Source of the DNA: Gemmatimonadales bacterium
Lineage (GTDB): Bacteria > Gemmatimonadota > Gemmatimonadetes > Gemmatimonadales > GWC2-71-9
Reading direction: 5' to 3'
DNA: 55,614 bases
Assembly (NCBI GenBank): GCA_035711365.1
Contig: DASTCF010000086.1
Location: 1-55,614, forward strand
The notes beneath the pieces are model-generated. The model saw nothing but the letters and a program-made list of their open reading frames with translations. It was not told the origin of the DNA and did not search any database. Each line of letters opens with the position of its first letter. The stretch's first letter is position 1. A program made the translations under genes and the position numbers. Positions 26,271 through 34,189 of the stretch are shown here, in pieces.

Positions 26271-26276
26271 GGGGGG

Positions 26277-27374
26277 TCAGCCGCCCAGCACCGTCTCCAC
26301 CACCGAGGTCAGCAGCGGGACATATCCCCGCCAGAAGAACGCTTCTCCGGCGTCGAGCGACCACGCCGGGCGCAGTCGGTAGAAGTCCCCGCCCCACCGA
26401 AGACCGGTCCACCCCGGGACCCTCGGCACGCTCGCGAAATCTCCGGCCAGGTAGTAGGCCGATGCCGCGCCGTCCCGCCGCAGGATGGCGGGGAATTGTA
26501 TCCGGAGCCCGGCTGCGCGGAGTGCCAGCTCTCCCTCATCGGACAGGTTCAGGCGATATAGGGCAAGCGGGGTGCTGCCCTCCGATTCAACCACGTCGAA
26601 CCAGGTCTCCGGTGCAGGGGCCCGGCGCATGCCGAGGGTCCTGCCGGCACGCGTAGGCACGATGTCGAGCACGCTCCCGCGGATCGCATCCTTCCCCAGC
26701 ACGATGATACGTCCATCGGCATGAGCCAGCAGGAGTCCGGGCCCGCGAAACGGCCATCGCGCCTGATGCTGCTGTTCCCATCCCACCACGGCCCAGCGCG
26801 GGGTCTCCTCTTCAAGGTCGTGCAGACGGCGGCCGGTCCAGCCGGACCAGCGGAAGCCGAGCAGGTGTTCCACTCGCTGGCGGACCTCGGGAGACGTCGG
26901 CTCTCCGATCGTATTGAATTCCGCCACGACGGTCGCCCCGGCGCGTGCCGCGGATTCCAGGAGGTCCGCCTCGGCCGTCGTGAGGCCGCCGTAGAGCAGC
27001 CGGCCCGCCTCGGCGGCTGCCGGTGGCTCGAGATCGGCCTGCCGCACGCCATAGGTATCCGCGACGTAAATGATCCGCCGCGTCAGGAAATCGGCCGGGA
27101 GCGGGCGCACGGACCACGCCCGCGCGGTGAGCGGCACGAACCCGGAATAATCCATCGCCGCATTGTAGGGCTCATGCGATGCCGGATGGACCACCTTCAG
27201 GTGATTGAGCAGCCAGATGACGGCGCGGTGCCCGCGGAAGGTCGTGTCCGGAACCGTCTTGTCCACGATGAGCACACCGAGCGGGCGGAGGGGGATCAGC
27301 CGCCAGGCGAGGCCCGGCGCGAGCGCCGCCAACAGCACCACGGTCGACAGGATGAGGAGGCCGGCCGGCCGCAT
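26277..27374 (-). CDS. membrane-anchored protein of unknown function
   Basis: One N-terminal hydrophobic helix (GLLILSTVVLLAALAPGLAW) followed by ~340 aa without any motif I recognise. ATG at 27374 lies 1 nt after the upstream stop (TGAcATG). Alternative ATGs at 27389 and 27395; the ORF-track start at 27431 is a TTG. Confidence 0.6.
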   Translation of the reverse strand: MRPAGLLILSTVVLLAALAPGLAWRLIPLRPLGVLIVDKTVPDTTFRGHRAVIWLLNHLKVVHPASHEPYNAAMDYSGFVPLTARAWSVRPLPADFLTRRIIYVADTYGVRQADLEPPAAAEAGRLLYGGLTTAEADLLESAARAGATVVAEFNTIGEPTSPEVRQRVEHLLGFRWSGWTGRRLHDLEEETPRWAVVGWEQQHQARWPFRGPGLLLAHADGRIIVLGKDAIRGSVLDIVPTRAGRTLGMRRAPAPETWFDVVESEGSTPLALYRLNLSDEGELALRAAGLRIQFPAILRRDGAASAYYLAGDFASVPRVPGWTGLRWGGDFYRLRPAWSLDAGEAFFWRGYVPLLTSVVETVLGG

Positions 27375-27375
27375 G

Positions 27376-29214
27376 TCACGGCCGTTCATCACCATCCCCT
27401 GGCGGCCGCAGCCTGTACGAAAGCGTTTCAAGAGTGCGCTCGAGCGCCGCTTCGTACTCCGGGCCTTCGACGAGGCCTCGAAGCCGGTCGCTCACCGGGA
27501 CAACCATCGGCGCTGGTTCCCAGGAAATGGTGGCTCCGCTTATGGCATCCACGACCAGCCCCTCTTCCACGGCTCGGCTCGCATCCACGAGCCGGAGGCC
27601 GATGAGCGCCCGCCGCATCGCTTCGAAGCGCGCCTGGCGGGCAGGATCGATGAAGCGGGTTCCGAAGGTGGCCACGAAGTATCCCGCGGGAGTGTACATC
27701 AGGCCGTCGAGCCCCAACTCCTGGCAAAGGACGAGGAGCCACGCGGAGATCTCCCGCAACAACCCGAGTCCCGGGTGCTTCTGGCCGGGAAGTGAGCGCT
27801 TCCCAGGCAGGAATGAGCGCCTTGGGTTCTGGAGCAGGAGCCACTCCAGGTACAACACCTCCATGCCGGGCAGCCGCGACGCGTCACGCCGGAACCGGAC
27901 CTCAACCAGGAGCTCCCGGCGGTTCGGGTCTCCGAAGAGTCGCACGGTGTCCCAGTCTTCCTGCCGCAGGTCGAGCTGCAGCGCGGGCTGCGCGAATCCG
28001 AGCGCACGGATCTGGCCGAGGAGGCCCACGCGCTCGAGCAACAGTTCCAGGCCCTGCGCCGTGTATCGCCCAAGCATGCGGTGCCGGCGTCCGCCTCCCG
28101 GCGAGAGCGCTGCCACGTCCTCGGCGGTGAGGCCCCAGTCCGGCCCGACGCCCGCAGAAGTCGCCGCGCCGTCCAGTGTGTGGTGAAGCTGCTCCGCTCG
28201 GCGCACGAGCATCTCAGCATTGGTCGGCGGCTCCACCACTGTGCCCGCGGCGAGCCATCCCAGGAACCGTGCCGAGTACCGCCAGGCATTCTGCCCGTAT
28301 CCCCCGGCGAGGACGATTACGAGTGGAATCTCCGCACCGGGGCGGCGAACTTGTTCCACCACGAAGCGGTCCCTGCTGAGCATGCCTTCTGCCGTGATGT
28401 TCCAGTCGCCAACCAGGTCATCGGCCGCCGGGTCAACGCCCGCGACGTAGAAGACGAGGCCGGGCGCGTGCTGCTGAACAACCGGCGGGAGGGTTTCGCG
28501 GAGCATGGTGAGGTACCGACCATCGTCGACGCCGGCCCCGAGGGCGAGCACCGTGGCGGCGACGGCCTCGCGCGGCCCCCAGTCGGCGTTGTGGATGCTG
28601 TAGGTATAGACACTCGGGTCCTTGGCGAAGATGGCGCGGGTGCCATTCCCATCATGCACGTCGAGGTCGACCACGAGGATCGGCTGGGAGAATCCGCGGG
28701 CGCGAAGCCGGGCGATCGTGATGGCGACATCATTGATGGCGCAGTAGCCGACGCCCCGGTCCGCCGTCGCGTGATGCAGGCCGCCACCCAGGTTGGCAAC
28801 CGGGACGCCGCTTCTGAGTGCAATGGCGGTCGCGACGATCGTGCCGCCGGTCATCAGCCGCTGCACCTCGAGGATCTGCTGCGCCCGGGCATCATCCACC
28901 GGCATGCCGACGACCGGCTCCATGCCCTCGGGGTGTTGCAGCGACTCGAGGTAGCGGTCGGTGTGGACGCGCCGGAGGTTTTTTAACGAGGCGGGCAAGG
29001 GGCGGACGACATGGCGGGGGCGGACGAGGCCTTCCTCGGTCAGGAAGGCGAGGATCATCTCCGCCCGCAGGTGATCGATGGGCGCCTCGGGCGCGGGGAG
29101 TGCGTATCCGGGATCGTACACCAGGGCGAGTGCGGAGTGCCCACCACCGCGAAGGCCCCGCCACATTCGTCGTCCGAGCCGGCGCGCGGCCGGTAAGAGC
29201 CCGCCCTCTTCCAC
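27376..29214 (-). CDS. histone-deacetylase-family (HDAC/acetylpolyamine amidohydrolase-like) deacylase fused to an uncharacterised ~250-aa C-terminal domain
   Basis: HDAC motifs: GGGLHHATADRGVGYCAINDVAI, VVDLDVHDGNGT, YVAGVDPAADDLVG, LAGGYG. The C-terminal domain (about nt 27376-28134) has no family I can name. Start chosen at GTG 29214, 8 nt after GAGGAGG. Alternatives are TTG 29286 (longest ORF) and ATG 29166. Confidence 0.75.
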   Translation of the reverse strand: MEEGGLLPAARRLGRRMWRGLRGGGHSALALVYDPGYALPAPEAPIDHLRAEMILAFLTEEGLVRPRHVVRPLPASLKNLRRVHTDRYLESLQHPEGMEPVVGMPVDDARAQQILEVQRLMTGGTIVATAIALRSGVPVANLGGGLHHATADRGVGYCAINDVAITIARLRARGFSQPILVVDLDVHDGNGTRAIFAKDPSVYTYSIHNADWGPREAVAATVLALGAGVDDGRYLTMLRETLPPVVQQHAPGLVFYVAGVDPAADDLVGDWNITAEGMLSRDRFVVEQVRRPGAEIPLVIVLAGGYGQNAWRYSARFLGWLAAGTVVEPPTNAEMLVRRAEQLHHTLDGAATSAGVGPDWGLTAEDVAALSPGGGRRHRMLGRYTAQGLELLLERVGLLGQIRALGFAQPALQLDLRQEDWDTVRLFGDPNRRELLVEVRFRRDASRLPGMEVLYLEWLLLQNPRRSFLPGKRSLPGQKHPGLGLLREISAWLLVLCQELGLDGLMYTPAGYFVATFGTRFIDPARQARFEAMRRALIGLRLVDASRAVEEGLVVDAISGATISWEPAPMVVPVSDRLRGLVEGPEYEAALERTLETLSYRLRPPGDGDERP

Positions 29215-29312
29215 GGGTGACGCCTCCTCTTGGCCGACGGTTGGCCGGCCACGACGGACGGTAGCGATCCCCGTTCGGCGGTTCAAGGGCCGGTTATTAT
29301 TGTCCCACCCGC

Positions 29313-30044
29313 ATGGCTGCCCATCCGACGCCCCCTGAAGTGGAACGCCGACGCCCGTTCTTGACGGCGCGCTGGTCGAATATCATCACATTGACGTTCC
29401 CGGTGCCGCCGCGGCTCGTTGCCTCCCGCCTGCCGCCGGGGGTGGAGCCGGACCTTCGGGGCGGCGCGGCCCATGTCAGCCTGGCAGCATTCGACTTCCT
29501 GGATACTCGCATCCGTGGCCGGCGAATCCCGGGCTTCGTCAACTTCCCCGAGGTGAATCTTCGTGCGTACGCCCGCCAGGGCGAGCGCCGCGGCATTGTG
29601 CTGCTCAGCGAACTCGTGCCCAGCCGGATCGCGGCTGCCATCGCGCGGCTTCGGTTCAACGAACCGTTCCGGTCGACACCGATGGAGAGCCGGACCGCTG
29701 GCATCGGAAGCGACCTGGTCGTGGAGCACCGATGGCGATGGGAGGACCGGCGATTCCACGTGAGAGTCACGGCCTCGCAGGGTTCGGAGCTCCCGTTGCA
29801 GGGCGGGATCGAGGAGTACGTCCTGGGACGCTGGTGGGCCTTTGGACGGACGCGGACAGGTAATCCCAGGGCGGTGCGGGTGCAGCACCCGGTCTGGTCC
29901 CTCCGACGCATCAAGGATGTGGATTACGAGATCGGGTTCGGCGCCCTCTACGGTCCGGATTGGGCCGAGCTCGATCACACGCCTCCTGTCGCCGCGCTCC
30001 TCGCGGTCGGCTCAGCGGTGTCGGTCTTCCCGCCGGGACGCTAG
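29313..30044 (+). CDS. DUF2071 (YqjF-like, acetoacetate-decarboxylase-like fold) family protein
   Basis: The pattern LTARWSNIITLTFPVPPRLVASRLPPGVEPDL...HVSLAAFDF...FPEVNLRAYA matches my memory of COG3361/DUF2071 proteins. Confidence 0.6.
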   Translation: MAAHPTPPEVERRRPFLTARWSNIITLTFPVPPRLVASRLPPGVEPDLRGGAAHVSLAAFDFLDTRIRGRRIPGFVNFPEVNLRAYARQGERRGIVLLSELVPSRIAAAIARLRFNEPFRSTPMESRTAGIGSDLVVEHRWRWEDRRFHVRVTASQGSELPLQGGIEEYVLGRWWAFGRTRTGNPRAVRVQHPVWSLRRIKDVDYEIGFGALYGPDWAELDHTPPVAALLAVGSAVSVFPPGR

Positions 30045-31057
30045 GGCTCGGCCGGCCCTTCGCCGGCCCCGGTGCGAGCGATCGCATCGGCGATCTCGTC
30101 CAGATCTTCCCTCGCCAGCTGAAGTCGTGCCGCTCCGATCCACCCATCCACCTGGGCGGCCGATCGGGCACCCACGATTGCGGCCGTGACGCCGGGCCAG
30201 GCAAGCGTCCAGGCGATGGCAAGCTCCCCGACGCTCGTGTGATGCCGCGCTGCAACGGGACGCATCGCATCACGAAGCGCGAGATTGCGGGCGAGCCGCG
30301 GCTCCTGGAACTCAGTCCCGCGGTGGCGGTAGTCATCGGCAGGAAGGCCGGCGAGACGCTCCGCGGAGAAGCGCTCGGTCAACAATCCGGACTGCATGGG
30401 ACTGTACACGATGGTCCCCACCCCGTTTCCCCGACACCACGGGAGCTCCGCCGCGGCGAACTTCCGGCGCACCGCCGAGAACGGCGGCTGCAGGGACGCC
30501 ACCGGTCCGAGGACCTGGCACCGCTCGAGCCGCGCCACGTCGAAATTACAGACGCCGGGCCAGCGGATCTTCCCCTCATCCACCAACGCGAGCATCGCGG
30601 CCCACGAATCTTCGACCGCCACGCCGCTTTCATCGGGCCAATGGAACTGGTAGAGATCGATCCGCTCGACGCCGAGCCGCCGCAGCGAGGCTTCGCATTC
30701 GCGCCGAATGGTGTCGGGCCGGAGCACTCGGCGCGGCTCGATCGTCCGATCCCGCTCATCCCAGACCAGGCCGCATTTCGTAAAGAGATAGGGCCGCTCG
30801 GACGGAGCCAGCGCGCGGACCGTGCGTCCGACGATCTCTTCGGAATGACCGAGCCCGTACACCGCGGCCGTGTCGATCCAGTTGATCCCCAGGGCCACGG
30901 CGCGCCGGATGGCCGCCTGCGATTCGCCGTCATCCTGGGGCCCCCACCCGAATGCCCACGGTCCCCCAATGGCCCACGTGCCGAGCCCGACCCTGGTGAT
31001 ATCGAGATCGGTCCGTCCAAGCCGTCTCACCGGAAGCTGTGCCGACTGGAAATACAT
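30041..31057 (-). CDS. aldo/keto reductase
   Basis: LGTWAIGG...DDGESQAAIRRAVALGINWIDTAAVYGLGHSEE and the downstream AKR pattern. ATG overlaps the deaminase stop (TGATG). Confidence 0.85.
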   Translation of the reverse strand: MYFQSAQLPVRRLGRTDLDITRVGLGTWAIGGPWAFGWGPQDDGESQAAIRRAVALGINWIDTAAVYGLGHSEEIVGRTVRALAPSERPYLFTKCGLVWDERDRTIEPRRVLRPDTIRRECEASLRRLGVERIDLYQFHWPDESGVAVEDSWAAMLALVDEGKIRWPGVCNFDVARLERCQVLGPVASLQPPFSAVRRKFAAAELPWCRGNGVGTIVYSPMQSGLLTERFSAERLAGLPADDYRHRGTEFQEPRLARNLALRDAMRPVAARHHTSVGELAIAWTLAWPGVTAAIVGARSAAQVDGWIGAARLQLAREDLDEIADAIARTGAGEGPAEP

Positions 31058-31620
31058 CAGTAGATCACGCCGCCAGCCGTGCGGTAGGCCTCGAGCACGG
31101 CGCGCGCCTCGACTCGCCGCACTCCCCGCACCACTTGAACGCCCGCATGCTCGAGGTAGTCGTACGAGGACGGAAACACCGGCCCTTCGTCATATCCGAT
31201 CGCTTCCGCGTCCTTCCGGTCGGCTCCGGAGACCAGTCGCGACACGCCACTCCACAGCGCGGCGCCCAGGCACATCGCGCAGGGATCGCACGAGCAGACC
31301 AGCTCGTGCCGGGGCATGCCTTCCGCTCCCAAGTCATGGCTGTGCAGCAGCGTCTCGGCCATCATCAACGCCACCGTCTCTGCATGCAGCACGCTGTTGT
31401 GACTCGGGACGGCCAGGTTGACGCCGACTGCAACGAGTCGCCCTGCGTCTCGCTCGAAGACCGCCGCGGCGAAGGGCCCGCCGGACCCGCGCTTCACGTG
31501 TTCCGCAGCCAGCACGAGGACCAGGTCCATCCGGTCCTCGAGCGACACATATCGGCGGCGCCAGTCGATGAAGGGGTCCACCCACGGTGGCAGGGCCACG
31601 GCAAGCGTCGGAGAGGTCAT
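31057..31620 (-). CDS. CMP/dCMP-type zinc deaminase (guanine/nucleoside deaminase-like)
   Basis: Zinc-binding HAE (VLHAETVALM) and PCxxC (CDPCAMC) motifs. ATG overlaps the DinB-family gene stop (ATGA). Confidence 0.8.
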   Translation of the reverse strand: MTSPTLAVALPPWVDPFIDWRRRYVSLEDRMDLVLVLAAEHVKRGSGGPFAAAVFERDAGRLVAVGVNLAVPSHNSVLHAETVALMMAETLLHSHDLGAEGMPRHELVCSCDPCAMCLGAALWSGVSRLVSGADRKDAEAIGYDEGPVFPSSYDYLEHAGVQVVRGVRRVEARAVLEAYRTAGGVIY

Positions 31621-32096
31621 GGGAGCATCCTCTTGATCAGGCCGATCTGTCCGGCGTGATAGAGGTCGTGGGCGGTGACACCTTCAATCGTCTGCGCCAC
31701 GGTCCAGCTTCGCCCGATACGCTGTGAAAGCCGCCGGGGGTGGAGGGCCGCCACCGTGGCCCTGAGCCGCCGATGTTCCTCCTCGAGTAGCGCCACGTCC
31801 TCCTTCCACCGCGACGCGTCAGGCTTCGGCGGTGCCCCTGGCCAGTTGCTGGGCTTCCGCGGGAAACTCCCAACCGAGGCACCGGTCAACCGCCGCGTGA
31901 CGGCATGTTTCCAGTAAGCCGTGTGCAGCACCAGCTCCCAGATCGTGTGCCGGCCAGCGGCAGGTCGCCAAAGCGCCTGGCGCGGGGTGAGGCCACGGAT
32001 CAGCCCGCGCAGGCCCGGTCCGTGCCAGGAGCGGGTGTCGAAGGCGCGGTCGAGGGCGTCGAGCAGGATGGCGAGGTCGGGGGCCAGTCGGGGCAC
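31617..32096 (-). CDS. DinB-family (DinB_2) four-helix-bundle protein
   Basis: His triad context: HTIWELVLHTAYW ... HDLYHAGQI. GTG start at 32096. Confidence 0.7.
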   Translation of the reverse strand: MPRLAPDLAILLDALDRAFDTRSWHGPGLRGLIRGLTPRQALWRPAAGRHTIWELVLHTAYWKHAVTRRLTGASVGSFPRKPSNWPGAPPKPDASRWKEDVALLEEEHRRLRATVAALHPRRLSQRIGRSWTVAQTIEGVTAHDLYHAGQIGLIKRMLP

Positions 32097-32158
32097 GGGG
32101 ATCTCCGGTGCGGGCGCAGGTAGAAGGGTGCATCGGCGCGCCGACCGCGCAAGGGCGC

Positions 32159-33076
32159 TCAGCCGCGCGCCCGGGCGGGAAGTCCGGTGATGAGTACCAC
32201 GCTGAGCAGGATGATCGCGGCGGCGACCGCCGTCCGGGCGGTCACGGGCTCGTCGCCGGACGCCCAGCCGAGCATGACCGCGACGAGAGGATTCACATAC
32301 GAGATCGTCGAGATGCGGGCCGGGGTCGTGGCCCGCAGCAGCCAGAAGTAGGCGCTATATGCCACGAGCGAGCCGAACACCGTCAGGTACAGGAACGCCG
32401 CGAGCGATCGGAGTGACACTGCTCCGGCAAGCATCCGTCCGCCGTCACCCGTCAGCAGCGCGATCGTCACGAGCATGGCCCCGGCAGTCAGCATTTGCAT
32501 GCCGACGGCAAGCGAGGGAGAGCGGGGCCGGGGAAGCCGTATCGCGTGCAGTGAGCCAACGGCCCAACTGAGCGCTGACAGGGTGAGGGCGGCCGCACCC
32601 ACCAGGTTCACGTGCTCGCCGCCGGCGAGCCGTCCGGGCACGACGAGGAATGCCACGCCGAGAAACCCGGCGAGCAGACCCGTGACGATTCGCCCGCTCG
32701 GGCGATCCCCGCCGAGCCACAGCCAGTTGAGGATCACCAGCCAAAGTGCCGAGGTGCAGACGATGAGGGCGGTGAGTCCCGATGGGACGAACTGCTCGGC
32801 CCATGTGGTGGACCCGTTGGCGAGCACCAGCATCATCATCCCGAGCACTGCGGCGTTTCGCCACTCCTCCCCCGTGGGCGGAGCGGCGTGAAGCCTCGCC
32901 CGGGCCCACACATATAGGACGGTGCCTGCCAGCAGATGGCGGACGCCGGCCATCAGGATCGGCGGCAGGGTTTCAATCCCGATCCGTATGGCCAGGTAAG
33001 TGGAGCCCCAGATGACGTAGACCGCGAAAAAGATCGCGGCGATCCGGAGGGGGCTCGGGCGGGAGACGTCGTTCAC
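32159..33076 (-). CDS. EamA/DMT-superfamily transporter
   Basis: Ten predicted hydrophobic helices in two EamA-like halves; WGSTYLAI motif near the N-terminus. GTG overlaps the upstream stop (GTGA). Confidence 0.8.
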   Translation of the reverse strand: MNDVSRPSPLRIAAIFFAVYVIWGSTYLAIRIGIETLPPILMAGVRHLLAGTVLYVWARARLHAAPPTGEEWRNAAVLGMMMLVLANGSTTWAEQFVPSGLTALIVCTSALWLVILNWLWLGGDRPSGRIVTGLLAGFLGVAFLVVPGRLAGGEHVNLVGAAALTLSALSWAVGSLHAIRLPRPRSPSLAVGMQMLTAGAMLVTIALLTGDGGRMLAGAVSLRSLAAFLYLTVFGSLVAYSAYFWLLRATTPARISTISYVNPLVAVMLGWASGDEPVTARTAVAAAIILLSVVLITGLPARARG

Positions 33077-34101
33077 GTGACGGGCGGCGGACGGTCCGGG
33101 ACGTCCCCGGAGAGACTCACGTATTCCTCATTGTAGAGACGAACGAGCTCGAAGAAGTATGAGAGCGCGAGGGGGCCGATCAGAATCCCGATGAGCCCCA
33201 GGTACCTGATGCCGGCGAAGGCGCCGATGACCGTGATGAGCGGGTGAATCTGGGCCCAGCGGCGGAAGACCGTCGGCCGGATGATATTGTCGATGTTCCC
33301 GACGAGGAGCAGCCCCCACAGCACCATGAACACCGCCTGGCCGGTATGGCCCTGCAGCGCGAGGGCCACGGCTCCCGGACCCCAGACGAGTCCACTCCCC
33401 ACAACCGGAAGGACCGAGAACACCGCGGTCACGACGCCCCAAAAGGCGGCATTCGGGAGGCCGGTGATGACAAACGCGATGCCGACCAGGGCCCCCTGAA
33501 CAACCGCAGTGAGACCGGTGCCCACCACCGTGGAGATAGTGACGGCCTCGAATCGCTCCCGCAGCTTCTCGGCGCTGCCCGCGGAGAACGGGATGTACGG
33601 CCGCACCACGTGCCAGGCCGATCCTTCGGTGACCAGCATGTAATAGAGGCCAAAGAAGCCCACTGTGAGATTCAGTACCCCGAGCGTTACCGAACCCACC
33701 GCTCGGAAGGCGCCCCGACCCAGGGCGCCGATGACGCCCTGCCCCATCTTCACCAGTTCCGGCCCGATGGCAAAGCGCCCCACCTTCAGGGTATCCAGGC
33801 GGGCGAGGACCTCGCTGCTCAGCAAGCTGGCCAGCACGTCCTGGGCCTGCCCTACGATGAGTGTCAGGAGCCAGAGCCCCGGCAGCAGGATCAGGAGGAG
33901 CGCGAGGGCAACCGTGAGTCCGGCTGAAGCCCCGCGGCCGACCCGGCGGCGGAGCCACCGGTAGACCGGGGCAAAGATGACGAACAGAACCGGCGCACTG
34001 AGGAGTCCGGTCGCGAACGGCGTGAGGGCGATGATCAGAGCGGCGCCGAGGATCACGATCAGCACGGCAGCACGGCGTTGGCGCGAGTCTTTGATCTCCA
34101 T
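33073..34101 (-). CDS. AI-2E family transporter (PerM/UPF0118)
   Basis: Multi-pass membrane protein with the conserved C-terminal part (LSVLPVVGSGLVWGPGAV ... GNIDNIIRP ... HPLITVIGAFAG). ATG at 34101 chosen. The ORF extension to 34308 is Arg/Trp-rich and judged spurious. Confidence 0.75.
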   Translation of the reverse strand: MEIKDSRQRRAAVLIVILGAALIIALTPFATGLLSAPVLFVIFAPVYRWLRRRVGRGASAGLTVALALLLILLPGLWLLTLIVGQAQDVLASLLSSEVLARLDTLKVGRFAIGPELVKMGQGVIGALGRGAFRAVGSVTLGVLNLTVGFFGLYYMLVTEGSAWHVVRPYIPFSAGSAEKLRERFEAVTISTVVGTGLTAVVQGALVGIAFVITGLPNAAFWGVVTAVFSVLPVVGSGLVWGPGAVALALQGHTGQAVFMVLWGLLLVGNIDNIIRPTVFRRWAQIHPLITVIGAFAGIRYLGLIGILIGPLALSYFFELVRLYNEEYVSLSGDVPDRPPPVT

Positions 34102-34189
34102 CGGGCGGCTCCGCGGCTGGGAAAACAAGTGATGCAATCTAGTGCCGCCCCCCGTGGCCCGCGCATCCCGGCAGGCATATCTTCCCGCC

